From: Phoronis australis
Taxonomy: Eukaryota; Animalia; Phoronida
DNA length: 64,000 bases
NCBI GenBank assembly: GCA_002633005.1
Contig: NMRA01000451.1
Coordinates: forward strand, 228,892 to 292,891
Direction of reading: 5' to 3'
Of this stretch, positions 38,801 to 51,435 are shown piece after piece. The notes below the pieces were generated by a model. The model did no database searches. It was not told the origin of the DNA and saw nothing but the letters and a program-made list of their open reading frames with translations. Numbering within the stretch: the first letter of the stretch is position 1; the number at the start of each line of letters is the position of its first letter. A program made the translations under genes and the position numbers.

Positions 38801-41457
38801 ATTTCATTTTTGTACGTGGATAAGTTTCCTAACAAAAATCTAAATGCCACATTTTGTGCACTCAATAGCCCCTAATTTCGACGCTGGAGCATTAGATCGC
38901 AGTTGGTCATATTAGCCCTCTCGAAAATTGTATGTTTTCAGCAACGAAAGTAAGTAAGTTACAAAATAAATTGAAAATTGTACTTTGGTGGCTGGAATAA
39001 CCAATGTATATTGTAAATAATTATTTGGCATTTACTGAAATTTGACGGGTTTGTGCTAGACAGGGGAGACAATCCATAGACCACTTTTCCTGGCTAATTT
39101 TAGTGACTGTTTTTGTGACCCTCTTACCGCCATATTGCACCTTGCAGCTTTACGTAACTTTTTGAACAAACAGCTAATGATTTAATCTTGATGATTAAGC
39201 AAAAAAATATCTTGCCTGTCCTTAACATAGTGAAAATTGTCTTGCAAAACTGTCTATACTGGAAATGATGAGCAGAGATTAGACTATTTGAACGAAAACT
39301 TGAACAAAATCTTTGCATTGAATTGTAATAAACATCAAGTCTAAGCTCTTTCAAATGAAACCAAGTTGTTTTCTGGGTGTAGGCCTATTGCGCGGTCAGT
39401 ATCAAAACTGAATCCGATGACCTTTGCCCACTGAGTCTGTTGACATTAGGTTTGAGGATATATAAGAACTTGTTCATGAAACTTTCTTGTTTTCTTCCAT
39501 TAACAGGTAAATTTAGACACTCTTTGGAATTTTTAAATGGAAATAAATACGTATGAATTTTGAACTTTTAAGAATTGTTCAGTGCGGAGCTAATTGATGA
39601 CACGCACCCCTCATGCATTGCAACTCGACGAAAGCAACACTATATGTCACAACATGACCCCTCTGTCTGTTCTCATGAAACATTGTCTTTATGTCCCTCA
39701 TGTATTTCAGTGCGCCCTGGGGGGCCCTCTGCTCGCTCTTACCAAACATTGCACTAGCTCTATGTTTCCCAGGTGTACATCTCTCCACACGTCTGATTGC
39801 ACCGTGCAGACCGACTTTGTTTACATAAATTAACGAGTCTATACATGTAGGATCATCGAAAATCAATGTGTTAAAATTGACACAGTGGACTGACTCCTGT
39901 CGAATGAATGCTCCATCTTATTAACCCTAGCTAGCTAACCGACATTGCATATTTATTTCATGCTATTAAATTGCATGCTCGTTATATGACACGTTAAATG
40001 CCTCATAAAAATGGAATACATTTTGAAATGGAACAATTTTTTCAAACCCATTTTTTCAGCTTGTTTCTTCAGTTGTCTCTGGCCACTCAACACGTGGCAG
40101 CATTTGATCGTTCTAAACTTGTAGGCAATTTGGCCTAAGAGCACGTTTTCCGGCGCAAGTGTTGCGCAACAGCTACACGGGACGGTGCAAGGTGGAAACG
40201 GTTTGCTCATGGCTACAAATCAAGTTGTTCTTGGCATAAGTTACAGTGTAAACGCAACAGAAACGAAGTGTGAACAAACGGGAAAGAAATCCTTGGTGTT
40301 AGGCAGGCCCATTGGCATTTAAACAAGTTAGTTTGAAGCCATGAGGCTTACGGCAGCGAACACGCGCCCACAGATACGATTTCTGCCTAATTAACAGGAT
40401 TTCATCTGCGACGTTGCTGTCATTTTTGAAATACATTCAGAGACAATTGGCGGCTTGTGAACACCCACCATCACAGATAACTTGGTGCCGACGTGTAAAC
40501 TAGATGTCAGAAAACAACACTTGTCACTTGAGCGCAGCAGTATTGAAAGCACTGGTCCAAAGCAATATACTCCTAGGCCAGAGTGCAATTAAACAACACC
40601 CTTACAAAAATAAAAGTCTGTGATATCCAAAATGCATCGATTTATCAATTAGCAAATCTTTTGCTCCAACGGTTCTCGAAGTATGCGCTTTCCGGTCAAG
40701 CTGAAGCATATTAACATCCCACAAGCTATCAGTGATGTCACTGGATGTTTACAAGCCGACAAACGTCCTAACATGGATTTGAAGAAACACAACAACGCCG
40801 TTGATGAGATCGCTCGAACTGTTGCACGGAAGCAACTTCTAACGGAGTATAAACGAGGCCTACGGCTGAGCTGGAATTTTTCCCACCTGGCCGGGTACCC
40901 ATGGAACTTGTAAGGGAACTTGATTTGTATCAGTATATCTTAATAATTTATTCATTCCGTCACCGTTGTAAAGTTTATGGAATCTCGTTTCCTTTTCCTC
41001 AATGTGGTTTGCTAAAAAGGATCATATAATGTGGTTTGCTAAAAAGGGTCATATAATGCTGACAATTCCAATAATATTAAATTTAATTGTTTGGTGACCT
41101 TAACCCGTTTACATAACACTAAACGGGGGCTTAAGTTCATTACAGATTGTTCCCGTTTCTCTTGTACACTGGGACTTCAGTCCAAATCACGTTCACAGGG
41201 AACATAGAGCATTGCTCACTGAAGTGAAACAACTTGCTGTATACTTGCTCCCGCGATACCAATTTTCCACAGCAATTTATGTCTTCACCTGCACCAAACC
41301 AACGATTTATTGGCATATCAATGTGGAAGAACAACGTGATATTATTTTTTTTTGTGAATTATTTACTTCATATTGAATTTCATTTCTTACAATGACACCA
41401 AGTTAATAAATAACATGAATTATTACCTGCGACCTGTTCGTCTGTGAGCTGCTCAGC
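32876..41457 (-). CDS. Calmodulin-like paralog A (about 152 aa; four intact EF-hand loops); ATG exon not firmly placed
   Basis: Exons 41457-41427 ([10 protein letters not shown]), 34809-34666 ([48 protein letters not shown]), 34029-33787 ([32 protein letters not shown]), 32913-32876 ([12 protein letters not shown]). About 27 substitutions versus canonical invertebrate calmodulin by hand count. Candidate ATG|gtgaga exon at 46141-46139. AATAAA at 32675-32680 and 32648-32653. Confidence 0.9.
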
Positions 41458-41680
41458 CTGAAAAGATGGAAAAACAACTGTTAAAATTCCTGACCTACAT
41501 TTTGATAACTTTCGACAAACTTCATTCATTTCTGGCCTGTGGGCGTTGCGTGGCTTCAGCTAGGGAATCTTTTATTTTACAAATAAATCTTGTTAACAAG
41601 GATATTTGCTTTTATACAAAGTGCAGTAACAGTAAATTAGACATCCAGTGTACAAGTTCTCGAAAATCTAAATTCTACTT

Positions 41681-42771
41681 GCCCACTCTAGCGATACGGT
41701 TGTAAGCTCACACTCAAAACATACAGTTGAAGGCCTTCCCTAGTGATGCAGTTGTAGGATTACTCCAGTGATACAATTGAAGACTTTCCCTAGTGATGCA
41801 GGTGTAGGCTTACTCCAGTGATACAATTGAAGGCCTTCCCTAGTGAAACAGGTGTAGGCCCATCCTAGTGATACAGTTGCAGGCCTTCCCTAGTGATAAA
41901 GGTTTAGGCTCACTCTAGTGATACAGTTGTAGGCTCACTCCAGTGATACAGTTGCAGGCCCACTCTATATATAATGATACTTTTGTAAGCCCACACTCAA
42001 AGAATACAGTTGCAGGGCTTCCCTAGTGATACAGTTGTAATCCCACTCTAGTAATACTGTTGTAAGCCCACCCCAGTGATACAGTTGTAGGTCCCTTCTA
42101 GTGATCAGTTGTAAGCCCTCTCTACTGATACAGCTGTAACCCCTCTCTGTTGATACAGTTGTGGGCCAACTCTAGTGATACAGGTGTAGACGCACACTAG
42201 TGATACTGTTGTAAGCCCACTCTAGTGACACAGTTGCAGGCCCACTCTACTAGTAACTAGTGATGCAGCTGCATGTAGACCCACTCGAGCGATATAGTTG
42301 TTGGCCCTCTCTAGTGATACAGTTGTAGCTCCATTCTGGTGATACAGTTGTAGACCCACTCTAGTGATGCAGATGTAAGCCCACTATTAGTCATACAGTT
42401 GCAAGTCTACTCTAGCGATAGAGTTGTAGACCCATTCTAGTGATACAGTTGTAAGCCCACTCTAGTGATACAGTTGTAGACCCACTCTGGTGATACAGTT
42501 GTAGGCCCACACTAGTAATGGCAGTTGTAAGCCCACTCTAGTGAGACAGTTGTAAGCCCAATCTATTGAAACAGTTGTAAGCCCACTCTCGTAATTCGAT
42601 CAGTTGTAGACACCCACTCAATAGTGATACAGTTGGAGGCCCACTCTAGTAATTCAGTTGTAGACCCACTCTAGTGATTCAGTTGTTGGCCCACTCTAGT
42701 GATACGCTTGTAGACCCACTTTACTGATACAGTTGTAAGCCCACTCTAGAGATCCAGTGTTAAACCCACTA
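41681..42771. repeat. 25-bp minisatellite (roughly 40+ degenerate units)
   Basis: Consensus cccactctagtgatacagttgtaRg repeated head-to-tail. Confidence 0.95.
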
Positions 42772-45380
42772 TTAGGCTTAATCATTTCTTAGTTTCAAAG
42801 CATCAGGGTCAAACCTGGTCACTGTTGCTTCGTGGTTCTACTGCCCATCCCTAAATAATCGTCACAGCACCATCCACCTACGTTAACATAGCACATCAAG
42901 CTTTACGAAACCATGATCACTTTACTGTTTTCCTACATTCCTACATTTGTTGTGCTGTTGTTACTGTAATAAATGTAATTGATATTATTGCGGGTCACTT
43001 AGTGTTATGGCAAAGTAGCGTCATCGTTGTCGGGTTTTAGCCTATAAGCGCGTTCCCGCTCATTCTCTGAAACATTACCTGCACTTTTTCACTGCAGACA
43101 TCTGTATCTAAAATCAATGATTTCCTTTGTTAAATAGCGTGTGGTGGTCGTGTTTATATGTGACATCGATAAATAATGTACAATTTTGGTTCGAAAGCTC
43201 GGTTGTCACCGTTAAAGTATCCGTTGTTGGACAATGCTAGTGTAAATCTTTCATGACGCATAAAGGTAATGCGAATCTAACTAAGTTAGTGAAGCAAATT
43301 AGATTAACGAACACGTCAACATATACTTACTCTACGTCTCCCTATACATAAATATCCTTTGAAGCAGAATCAAAAGTTCGTTTCTACGAATAAATTTGAA
43401 CTACAAATCCGTCGTCCTTTAGTTGCATCGTGGGCTTCGTTTAAAACGAACATTCTAGAACATCATAATTATCAGTAAAACTGAACATGCAGTGTCCACC
43501 CATTAACACAAATTTCACTTCCTCTGTCGAAAAACACGCAAAGCGTTGCCCTGACCATTACGGCTTTGCGAGCTCAACTCAGGACAATTATTATGTTAGT
43601 AGCGATACTACTAATGGCAGATTTCCCGCGAATTAACCTACTAAGTTACGATATCTTAACATACTTTGTCAAATCGTTTAAACCGAGTATCCCTAGTATT
43701 GCTTGGTTTTCTATATTCCAGTTTCATTTCATAGGCATACTGAATAACATGATACGAGCCGACAGATCAGTGGCCTACAGCGCTGAGATAAAACTGATTA
43801 CCTACCATCTCCTTTGCCGCAGCTATCGAATGTTACATGTGCATTAAGTGACGGCTGAACCTCTTGGGTTAGATATCGACTGGTTTATAATAGATCAATT
43901 ATTGTTTCTAATACTTCAATAATACATTAAATCATTACGTGAAGTCAAACTAGTCGACACGTGTGAAACGTTCAAGCAATTAAATATATTAATGCTATTT
44001 GTCTTTGGTGGCTATAATGAGCCAGCGTATTGATGTGAATATATCTCAATTACGACCTCACATGTACCTGGACACTTTCACTCCTTGGTGAGACATCGAT
44101 TGATGGTGGACCTGGGATTTCATTGGGAGTTTATCGTTAACTTTGTAGGCAAGAGATTGCTGTGGGAATGTTTAAAGCTGACAGGGATCTCTGGTCATAA
44201 ACGAATACCGAGTGAATTTAAAGTGACCTCTGCATGACGTTGTTGTTTTTAAAAGCAAACCATCGTTTGTGTCAAAAAGGATTTAAAATTAATAGAAAAA
44301 TATATCAGTTTTGTTGGTCATCCTCGCGACTCATTTAGCAACGCTTAAACTAGTATGTGCTTAAAAGCAGATTTCCCGATATTTTAGATATCTATCACAA
44401 GATAATGAATGTACTTTACGTCCTACTGAATTTCCTAATTTAAATTTGTTTTGGTTTAGTCATAGTGCAATATTCTAAACATTTCGTACCCTGCAATCGT
44501 TTTAGAGGATGGTGAAACCATTGAGAACCAGCTTAATACCTCATCAGATCTTGGACCCCCTATTCACAGCCACATTCGCCCACCTATTCCCAGTTCCTCT
44601 CCCGAGTCGTCGGAACAAACTGCACAGTTCTTCCCCTCGAGTCTTCACCAATTTCGCACACAGCAATGGTTGGAAGGGCAATTAACCCAGCCGTTACGTT
44701 CGACCATGACGTTGCAAACTAGCTTATTATGAGGCATTTGCTCCCGAACGTAAAGTCTACATTCGTGTTATGATAGGTAGGCCAGGGCCCACCGCTGGCT
44801 ACCTTACATAACGCTACCTGCTCATATCTCGTCGTATGATTTATAGGTGGCGCTGTTGTCACGAACCCGCAGTCGAGGCTCTGAGCGAAATGTTTGGAAT
44901 TTTGTGGATACATTTGGTACGTTATTTGGAGAATCTTTTAAGTGTTTCGTTATTGATAAAAAGAATGTATGTATGCGAGAGGGCACAGCTAAAAATTCCG
45001 CAATTCTTGGGTTCGTGTTGATAAATTTCCGTAAAATTACCCAAAAGACTGGCATGAATGGGGCTCAGCCACTTCCAGTGTAGACTTGCCTGTCGTGACT
45101 TAATATTATTTGCAGTGTATACTTCCTGTTGCTGATTAGCACGTGTATACTGACTGGACAATAATCGCTCCTTCTTGGTCCGCAACGGCGTTCTCTTAAG
45201 CATCAAGCTTGTCTTATACACAGGCAATTTTGGTTCACTTTAATATGACCACAATGACGTTTATGTTAATTCGTATAAACCATGATTTCATACGAATGGT
45301 TGATAAGAGCCGTTTTGAGCAATGATAAATGATCAAAAGAGATTTTTTCTGTGATGACGCTATGACTGATAATCATTTAA

Positions 45381-45967
45381 AGAGGCATGGAACGCGAAAA
45401 CTGGTAAAAATACCTTTTAAATAGATTGTGACGAATCTACTTTTTGGGGATGCCAGATTCACTATTTATGAAACACGGACGAAATATAAACATTTTCATC
45501 CGAATACAGTTTCAAATTCTCCGCTTCCAATAATTTATAATATTATACATTATGCGCGCATACGCTCAAAGTAGTCGAACTGACTGCGGCTTGAAATCGC
45601 AAGTCTTTGTTAAGATCAAATAAAAAATATAATTTCAGGAGGTCTGCGCATGTGGGCCCATTGTACTGATCACCTAAAACCATTTTGTGCTTTATTAATA
45701 TATAGTTTAGGTCAAAGGTCAAAGGCGCTACTTCTATTTCAAACCATACCAAATAAGGAGACGTGAGAGAAGCGACGTGACAAGTACTTGACACACCGTT
45801 TTTTTTTGAAACTTGAAACCAAGGGAAAAATACTTTGACATCAACAGAAATTCAAAACCTTTACGAGCAAACCGTAAAAATACCTGGTGAACAGTTTGAC
45901 TTGTTTCAGAGGCACAGAACTACAGTGAATAATGTAATTTGCTCTGTTTTTTGCGTTCCAAGCCTCT
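45381..45967. mobile_element. TTAA-flanked non-autonomous element (Kolobok-like)
   Basis: TTAA|agaggcatggaacgcgaaaa ... tttttgcgttccaagcctct|TTAA. AG..CT termini with a TTAA duplication. Confidence 0.75.
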
Positions 45968-46349
45968 TTAAACGAAGACTCTTCGACGCAAGAGTCCCGC
46001 GAGTGTCTTGTGTCTAACGAACACAAATAAGGGCGCTGCGAAAGAGTGCAGTTTTGGCTCGTGTAAATTCTAATATTATCGTACTTGTGTGCAAAAGTTG
46101 TGAGCGAATTGACCACTCGGGTAAACACCTTTTCTCACCATCTCAAAATTACCCTTTTTATAAGTGCCGAGCTAACTAGTCACGCGCAACGATAATTAGG
46201 TCAAACGGAACGAACTTAGCGGCATTTAATCTTGCTATTAAAGCAATCAATGAACTGTCCTTGATTTTTTCATGTATAAAATTTCCCCATTTTAGGAACG
46301 CTAACTCATCGATCGTATTAAAAACCAAAGTAAATGGCTCCACTTTGAA

Positions 46350-49035
46350 ACAACGTTTTTCAAAAATGGCGCTGAATTTTGCTTTCAACCCCACCACCTG
46401 AGTATTTCAAAATCGCCAATAAACCTGCTTTTCGTCGCAGAAACTAAATTGTGATTTGGAGCATTTACTACTATGAAATTGGCCTCAAATTGTTCCTAAC
46501 CCAGATGGGAAGTGATTTTTGGTCCTGCAAAGAACTGACAGTTCATGGTCAGTGAATAAGATGACACGCCGTCAACTTTGTACAGACTGACCCAGAAATC
46601 CCCACTCAGGAAACATTTCAAGAGTTCCTACAATGGATGTTTGCACTTTTTGAGGTTTTAGACTGTGTATAAAAATTTTATAACGCAAAATCTAAATAAA
46701 CAAGCACTTATTTTGGGAATTAACTATGAATTCTATAGAAAAATTAATGATTTTCTGGTTTCCCGCCACGTGATGTCATTAGTGGAAGACGTTGATCAGT
46801 TGAAAGTATTTATACAATGGCGGATTTTGTAAGTTACGAAGACTTAGAGAACGATCTTGACGAGTAATATGAAGACAGGTATAAAGATGGGGGTGAAGAC
46901 GACACTCAGGTGGTAGGCAAAACAAGTAATGAGTTAGACCTCGCCATATCGGCAAACGTTGCGTGTTTGAGGCCGTACGAACTCGACTCTCCAGCACCGG
47001 CGTCTTCGGCGACTGAAGCCGTGTCGGAGCCTACTCAGTCTGCGGACAGTTCTGATCTCAGAATGGTAATTAAAGCTTTTTATTGAATCACCATTTAATT
47101 TCCTGGCCACTTAAGTGTCGTGTAATGTGCGTCTCGAACTGTCAATCTAACTGAGGCTTTTACCCTGACTGTCAAAGCCTAGTCGCGAATAGCGGACACT
47201 GATTTCATTGTTTCAAATGCCGAGTGCGTTTGTTAGGAACGATCATGTCTAATTATACACGTAGTGATGCTAACTGGATTTTATTTTTGAGAAATGACAC
47301 TCATTTCTGTCTTGTCTGTTCCAAAATTATGAAAGCTTTGTACAGTTGTGATTCGTCGATTATTTCAGTCCGCTGCCCGACTCCAGCCCCTGTGCTGGCT
47401 GCGGTCGTGACCTCAAACCATGCATGGCTTCTGTGTCCTATTTTCTACTATTAGCGGACATTTACGTATATGTAGATAGCATGCATTCCCACAAAATCCT
47501 GACTAAAAATATACTGATGGAAACTTACTGCAATCACATTCATTATCTCAGTCGCATTTTGATGCTCAATGAAGCTCATACTCTATATGTGTGTGTACTT
47601 TTCCAGCAATGCTACAACACAATATACTTTTTTCTCCATCAAATGCACTTACACGTTGGAGAAACCTTCATCAAATCTCCCTTTCTGAGACGGATCGAAG
47701 CACGATTCTTCAAAATCGGCACAGCGTGACCCCTGAACTGACGACTTGCTCCACCGTGTACTGCCATACCCGTGTCCGACGCACGAACCTGTGTCATTTC
47801 TGGGCGATTTTAGGGTCTTTTGGAAACCCAAAAACTGAAATATTGTCATAATACTATCAGCCGAACTCAATTTTCGAGAACTGCGGCTCACGGCTGGCTT
47901 AGAACAACACAAAGATGAGGATCGCATTCACTAATGATGTCACACAAAAATTTTAATTTTTTAATTTTTGCTTTTATTTCTTGATTAAATGTACCGTACA
48001 TGTGGCACAGGTTGAAGAAGAAATAATACCAAAATTGTTAGTAACTAAATTCAAGCATTTATGACCTTAGTGTGGAGGGTTGAATGCCATTCTGATAACG
48101 GTATAGTAGGTAGTCTAAATTCATTTATGTTATCCGGGTTACAGAAACGGATTCTTTTTCTCTCTTCAAATCTTAGTAAGGAATGAATGGGAGAGAAGCC
48201 AATACCTAATAACACAACGAATGTATAGTCATACAGGTTGTTTCGTGGCTATCTATTCAGTAATAAAGTGATCAATGGTAATGTACTGTGTCTTACATGT
48301 GCAGATAGTTGTTTGATTGACTTTCAAGGTTATAGTAATTTTCACGGGCAAGACGTGTTGAAGACTTGTTAGCTATCTTACACGACGGCTTAAAATCAGT
48401 CCAAAACGATTATTCTCCCTGAGAATGTCACACGCTACCTTCACGTAGCCGTACAAAAAAAACATTGAATGTTAGCCAGCAGTATAGCAAGCTCTTCTCC
48501 GCCATCTCAATGACGCTACACTCACTGATCCCAACTCGCCGCCATAGTTCAACATGAGAAAAGTGGACACAGGGAAATTAATATATATAAGTGTTTTTAG
48601 ATGATGTCATTAAAAAATGCCAAAATGAACCCAACTGTTGTTTTTAAAAGCGCCACCTTCCGTCACAAAAATGATTCAGACCACTTTCCGCTCTGAAATT
48701 AGTATCAAACACTGATATGTAATCAATATAAAAAGATGTCATTTCTGCGGTTGGGAAGAAATGACCCAGACTTTACTAGATGACTTGACCCGGCGGGTCA
48801 TTTTAGTCGTTAAACATGGTCTTAAGGAATGACCAACTGTCAATTCATCATAAGTCCAATAATCTCTTGCCATATGACTAAGAAATAAGTTGAGGCCAAT
48901 TTCATAGCGATAGCTGGTTTAAATCAAAATTTACTTTCATTGCCTTTTCAGTTAAGTGAGATTTGACACTTATATTTGAGCCAAATTCAAACAATCCCAT
49001 ATTGTATGTCCGTTGCCATCTGGCAAACGTTCCTG
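46350..49035. mobile_element. Old long-inverted-repeat element, possibly with a nested TTAA element (47115-48389)
   Basis: Degenerate inverted arms at about 46350-46720 versus 48575-49035 (for example ctatgaaattggcctcaa at 46471 / ttgaggccaatttcatag at 48890, and atgacacgccgtcaa / ttgacccggcgggtcat). Inner ends ttaagtgtcgtgtaa / ttacacgacggcttaa. Confidence 0.55.
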
Positions 49036-49039
49036 TTAA

Positions 49040-50356
49040 AGGCGAAGGCAACCTTTTTTCATGTCATTTTTAGCAAAAAATAAGGTTCGTTGATTATCCC
49101 AGACATATTTTTCACTTATTTACTGCTTTTCGTTATTTGATTAATTACTCTCGTCAACCCCGGAAGTGACGTTTTGGGAGGCAAGAATTTCGCGCCAATT
49201 TCTTTTCATATAGTCTGACTGTGAGAGCAGTCGAGTCAGTCATTGTTTTACCTCGGTTGTGATAAGTTCGGTCGTCGTTTGCTTTTGCTTACGAGTCAGT
49301 CAACATTCCACGCTGTTGCTGCGTACTGGGGTGTACTCATTATCGTCTCACGTACAGAGGAAGAACTGTCCCACTTGCCCAAGTGTTCCGCGACTCACTC
49401 CCACTGGAGGGTGATCTGAGCACCCAAACTGCTTACATCCCGCCGTGTGACTCCCTCGTCACACACCTGGCACCTTCCAAATAGCTCCAATACAAGTCCA
49501 CCATAAACTTATCAAACTTGGGCTCACCGATCTGTTCATTGGATGGCGAACTGTCGTCTTCACTGGGTGTCGAACTGGGCCTGTATTCACTCCCACTACT
49601 CAACATCGCTGCAGGGCTGCTTACAGGCTCTGCCGGGGTTAGAGACAACACAGGGCGAATCACTGCTAGTTCCCGGAATTGCACCCAATGGGTTACGTTC
49701 GGAGGCACGGGTGACATTAGATGAAGTGCCTTCAGTCACTGTATATAGTGGCCACAACTCGCGAGGCTTCTAGCTTCAAAAACGCACTTTATGGGGTTGG
49801 CGACGGGGCACTGCCGGGAATCAACAACGACGGTATGGTACCCTTCTTCAGGCGTTGTTTCGCAGGGACCTTCATCAATTCAGCGTACATATCTCTGTCA
49901 TAATCTGACTGCAGAAAATGCTTGCCACACACTCGGTAACCCTCCACTGCTTTGTAGTTTGTGTGGACGGGTAACGCTGCGTTCTTCACAAATACGGCGA
50001 AGTGTGTCATCCTTCGGAAAGCAAGGTACCCAAAGCGCGTGTGAGACGATAATGAGTACTTCACAGCACGCAGCAACAGCGTGGCATGTTGACTGACTTG
50101 TAAACAAAAGAAAACGACGACCGAACTTATCACAACCGAGGTAGAACAATGACTGACTCGACAGCTCTCACAGTCAGACTATAATGAAAAGAAATTGGCG
50201 CGAAACTCTTGCCTCCCAAAACGTCACTTACGGAGTAGAGGACGAGAAATTAATCAAATTACGAAAAGCTGTAATTAAGTCAGTGAAAAATGTGTCTGGG
50301 ATAATCAACGAACCTTATTTTTGCTAAAAGTGACATGAAAAAGGTTGCCTTCGCCT
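49040..50356 (-). mobile_element. Kolobok-like DNA transposon derivative with about 310-bp TIRs and a THAP-domain relic
   Basis: TTAA|AGGCGAAGGCAACC ... GGTTGCCTTCGCCT|TTAA. The arms 49040-49350 and 50041-50356 are inverted copies. TTAA duplication, RR..YY termini and a THAP domain fit the Kolobok superfamily. Confidence 0.82.
49823..50087 (-). pseudogene. Disrupted THAP zinc-finger coding sequence
   Basis: Across frameshifts it reads MPRCCCVL* .. FPKDDTLRRIC .. YRVCGKHFLQSDY .. RLKKGTIPSL, matching the THAP signature C-x4-C..FP..CxxHF..LKxxAVPS. Confidence 0.78.
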
Positions 50357-51435
50357 TTAAAGTCCCGTGTAGACCTACAACCTTTCAATTGACAGTAGGT
50401 GTGCTATCAGAAAGCACTGAGCACTGAAGCAGTCTTGGCCAATTTGCACTGCCAAAAATTAGATTTTAAGTTTAGGCCATGCTTCGGAGCATTGCATGTA
50501 AGCTTAGTGAATATGGTTTGCTTGTATTTGTGAACATGCTGGGAATGATAAAAGACCAATTGTGCGCCTGCAGATGTACTCTTCTTCAAGATGGCGGCCC
50601 CCTGTTGCATTTGTGGGTTGCTGAGCTGCGACTGAAAAATCGGCTGCGATTTCATGTAGCCCTCGAACAAGCCAGAATTGCAAAAAATAAACTAGTTAGT
50701 TGACAGCCCTTTTGGGTCACTTTTTTAGAATATCGAGGAAATTTGTTTTCAGAATCTAATGTTGGCTTGTGACGCGTATCGGCAGAGAAGTCGTGGTTTT
50801 AGGGTGAAAAGTGCCAATTTTGTGTTATGAGCTCTTTTTTCTTAGCCTAATTTGCTTTTCAGTATAAGAGTTAAAGAGCCAAAAATTCAAGACAAATTAA
50901 AGTGTCTGTCCTCATCTGTAGGGCTTATGATGTGAAATGACTCAAAACTGTCCATTGTTTGCATACTGTTTTCGACACAGTGACAAGTCCATTGATGTGT
51001 GTTGTGCTATGCAAAACCCATTGAGAACTGTTCTGTGCTCCGTTGCGTGAATCCACATGGACGTTCCCACGTCGTTGTGTATACCTGAGGGTATTTTTCA
51101 AATTACCAATACATATTGCCATAAGTGTGTAAATGACGTGCTATAAACAGAGAGAGTGCTAATTTTACATAATATATACGCGCGTTGTATTTACAGTCTC
51201 ATACCACCAAGAGATACAAAAATGTAACAACTAACAGTTAAACATTAAGTTACCAACAGCAACAAATACGGTAAGTAGTTGTTAAAGATACAATGCACGT
51301 TCATTGAACATTCTCAATGCTTTGAAAATGCTCTCGTCGCTTGAGAGTCCAAGAACGGTCGGATGGAGTAGACATGGCTCTAACAGTACTAATCCCGCCG
51401 TAACGACTTCCAGTCAGAGTGAGGCCCAGAGGGAC

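Noticed and set aside
41681-42771. 25-bp array as a CRISPR array
   Set aside because: Units are head-to-tail with no unique spacers, there are no cas genes, and the context is a eukaryotic intron.
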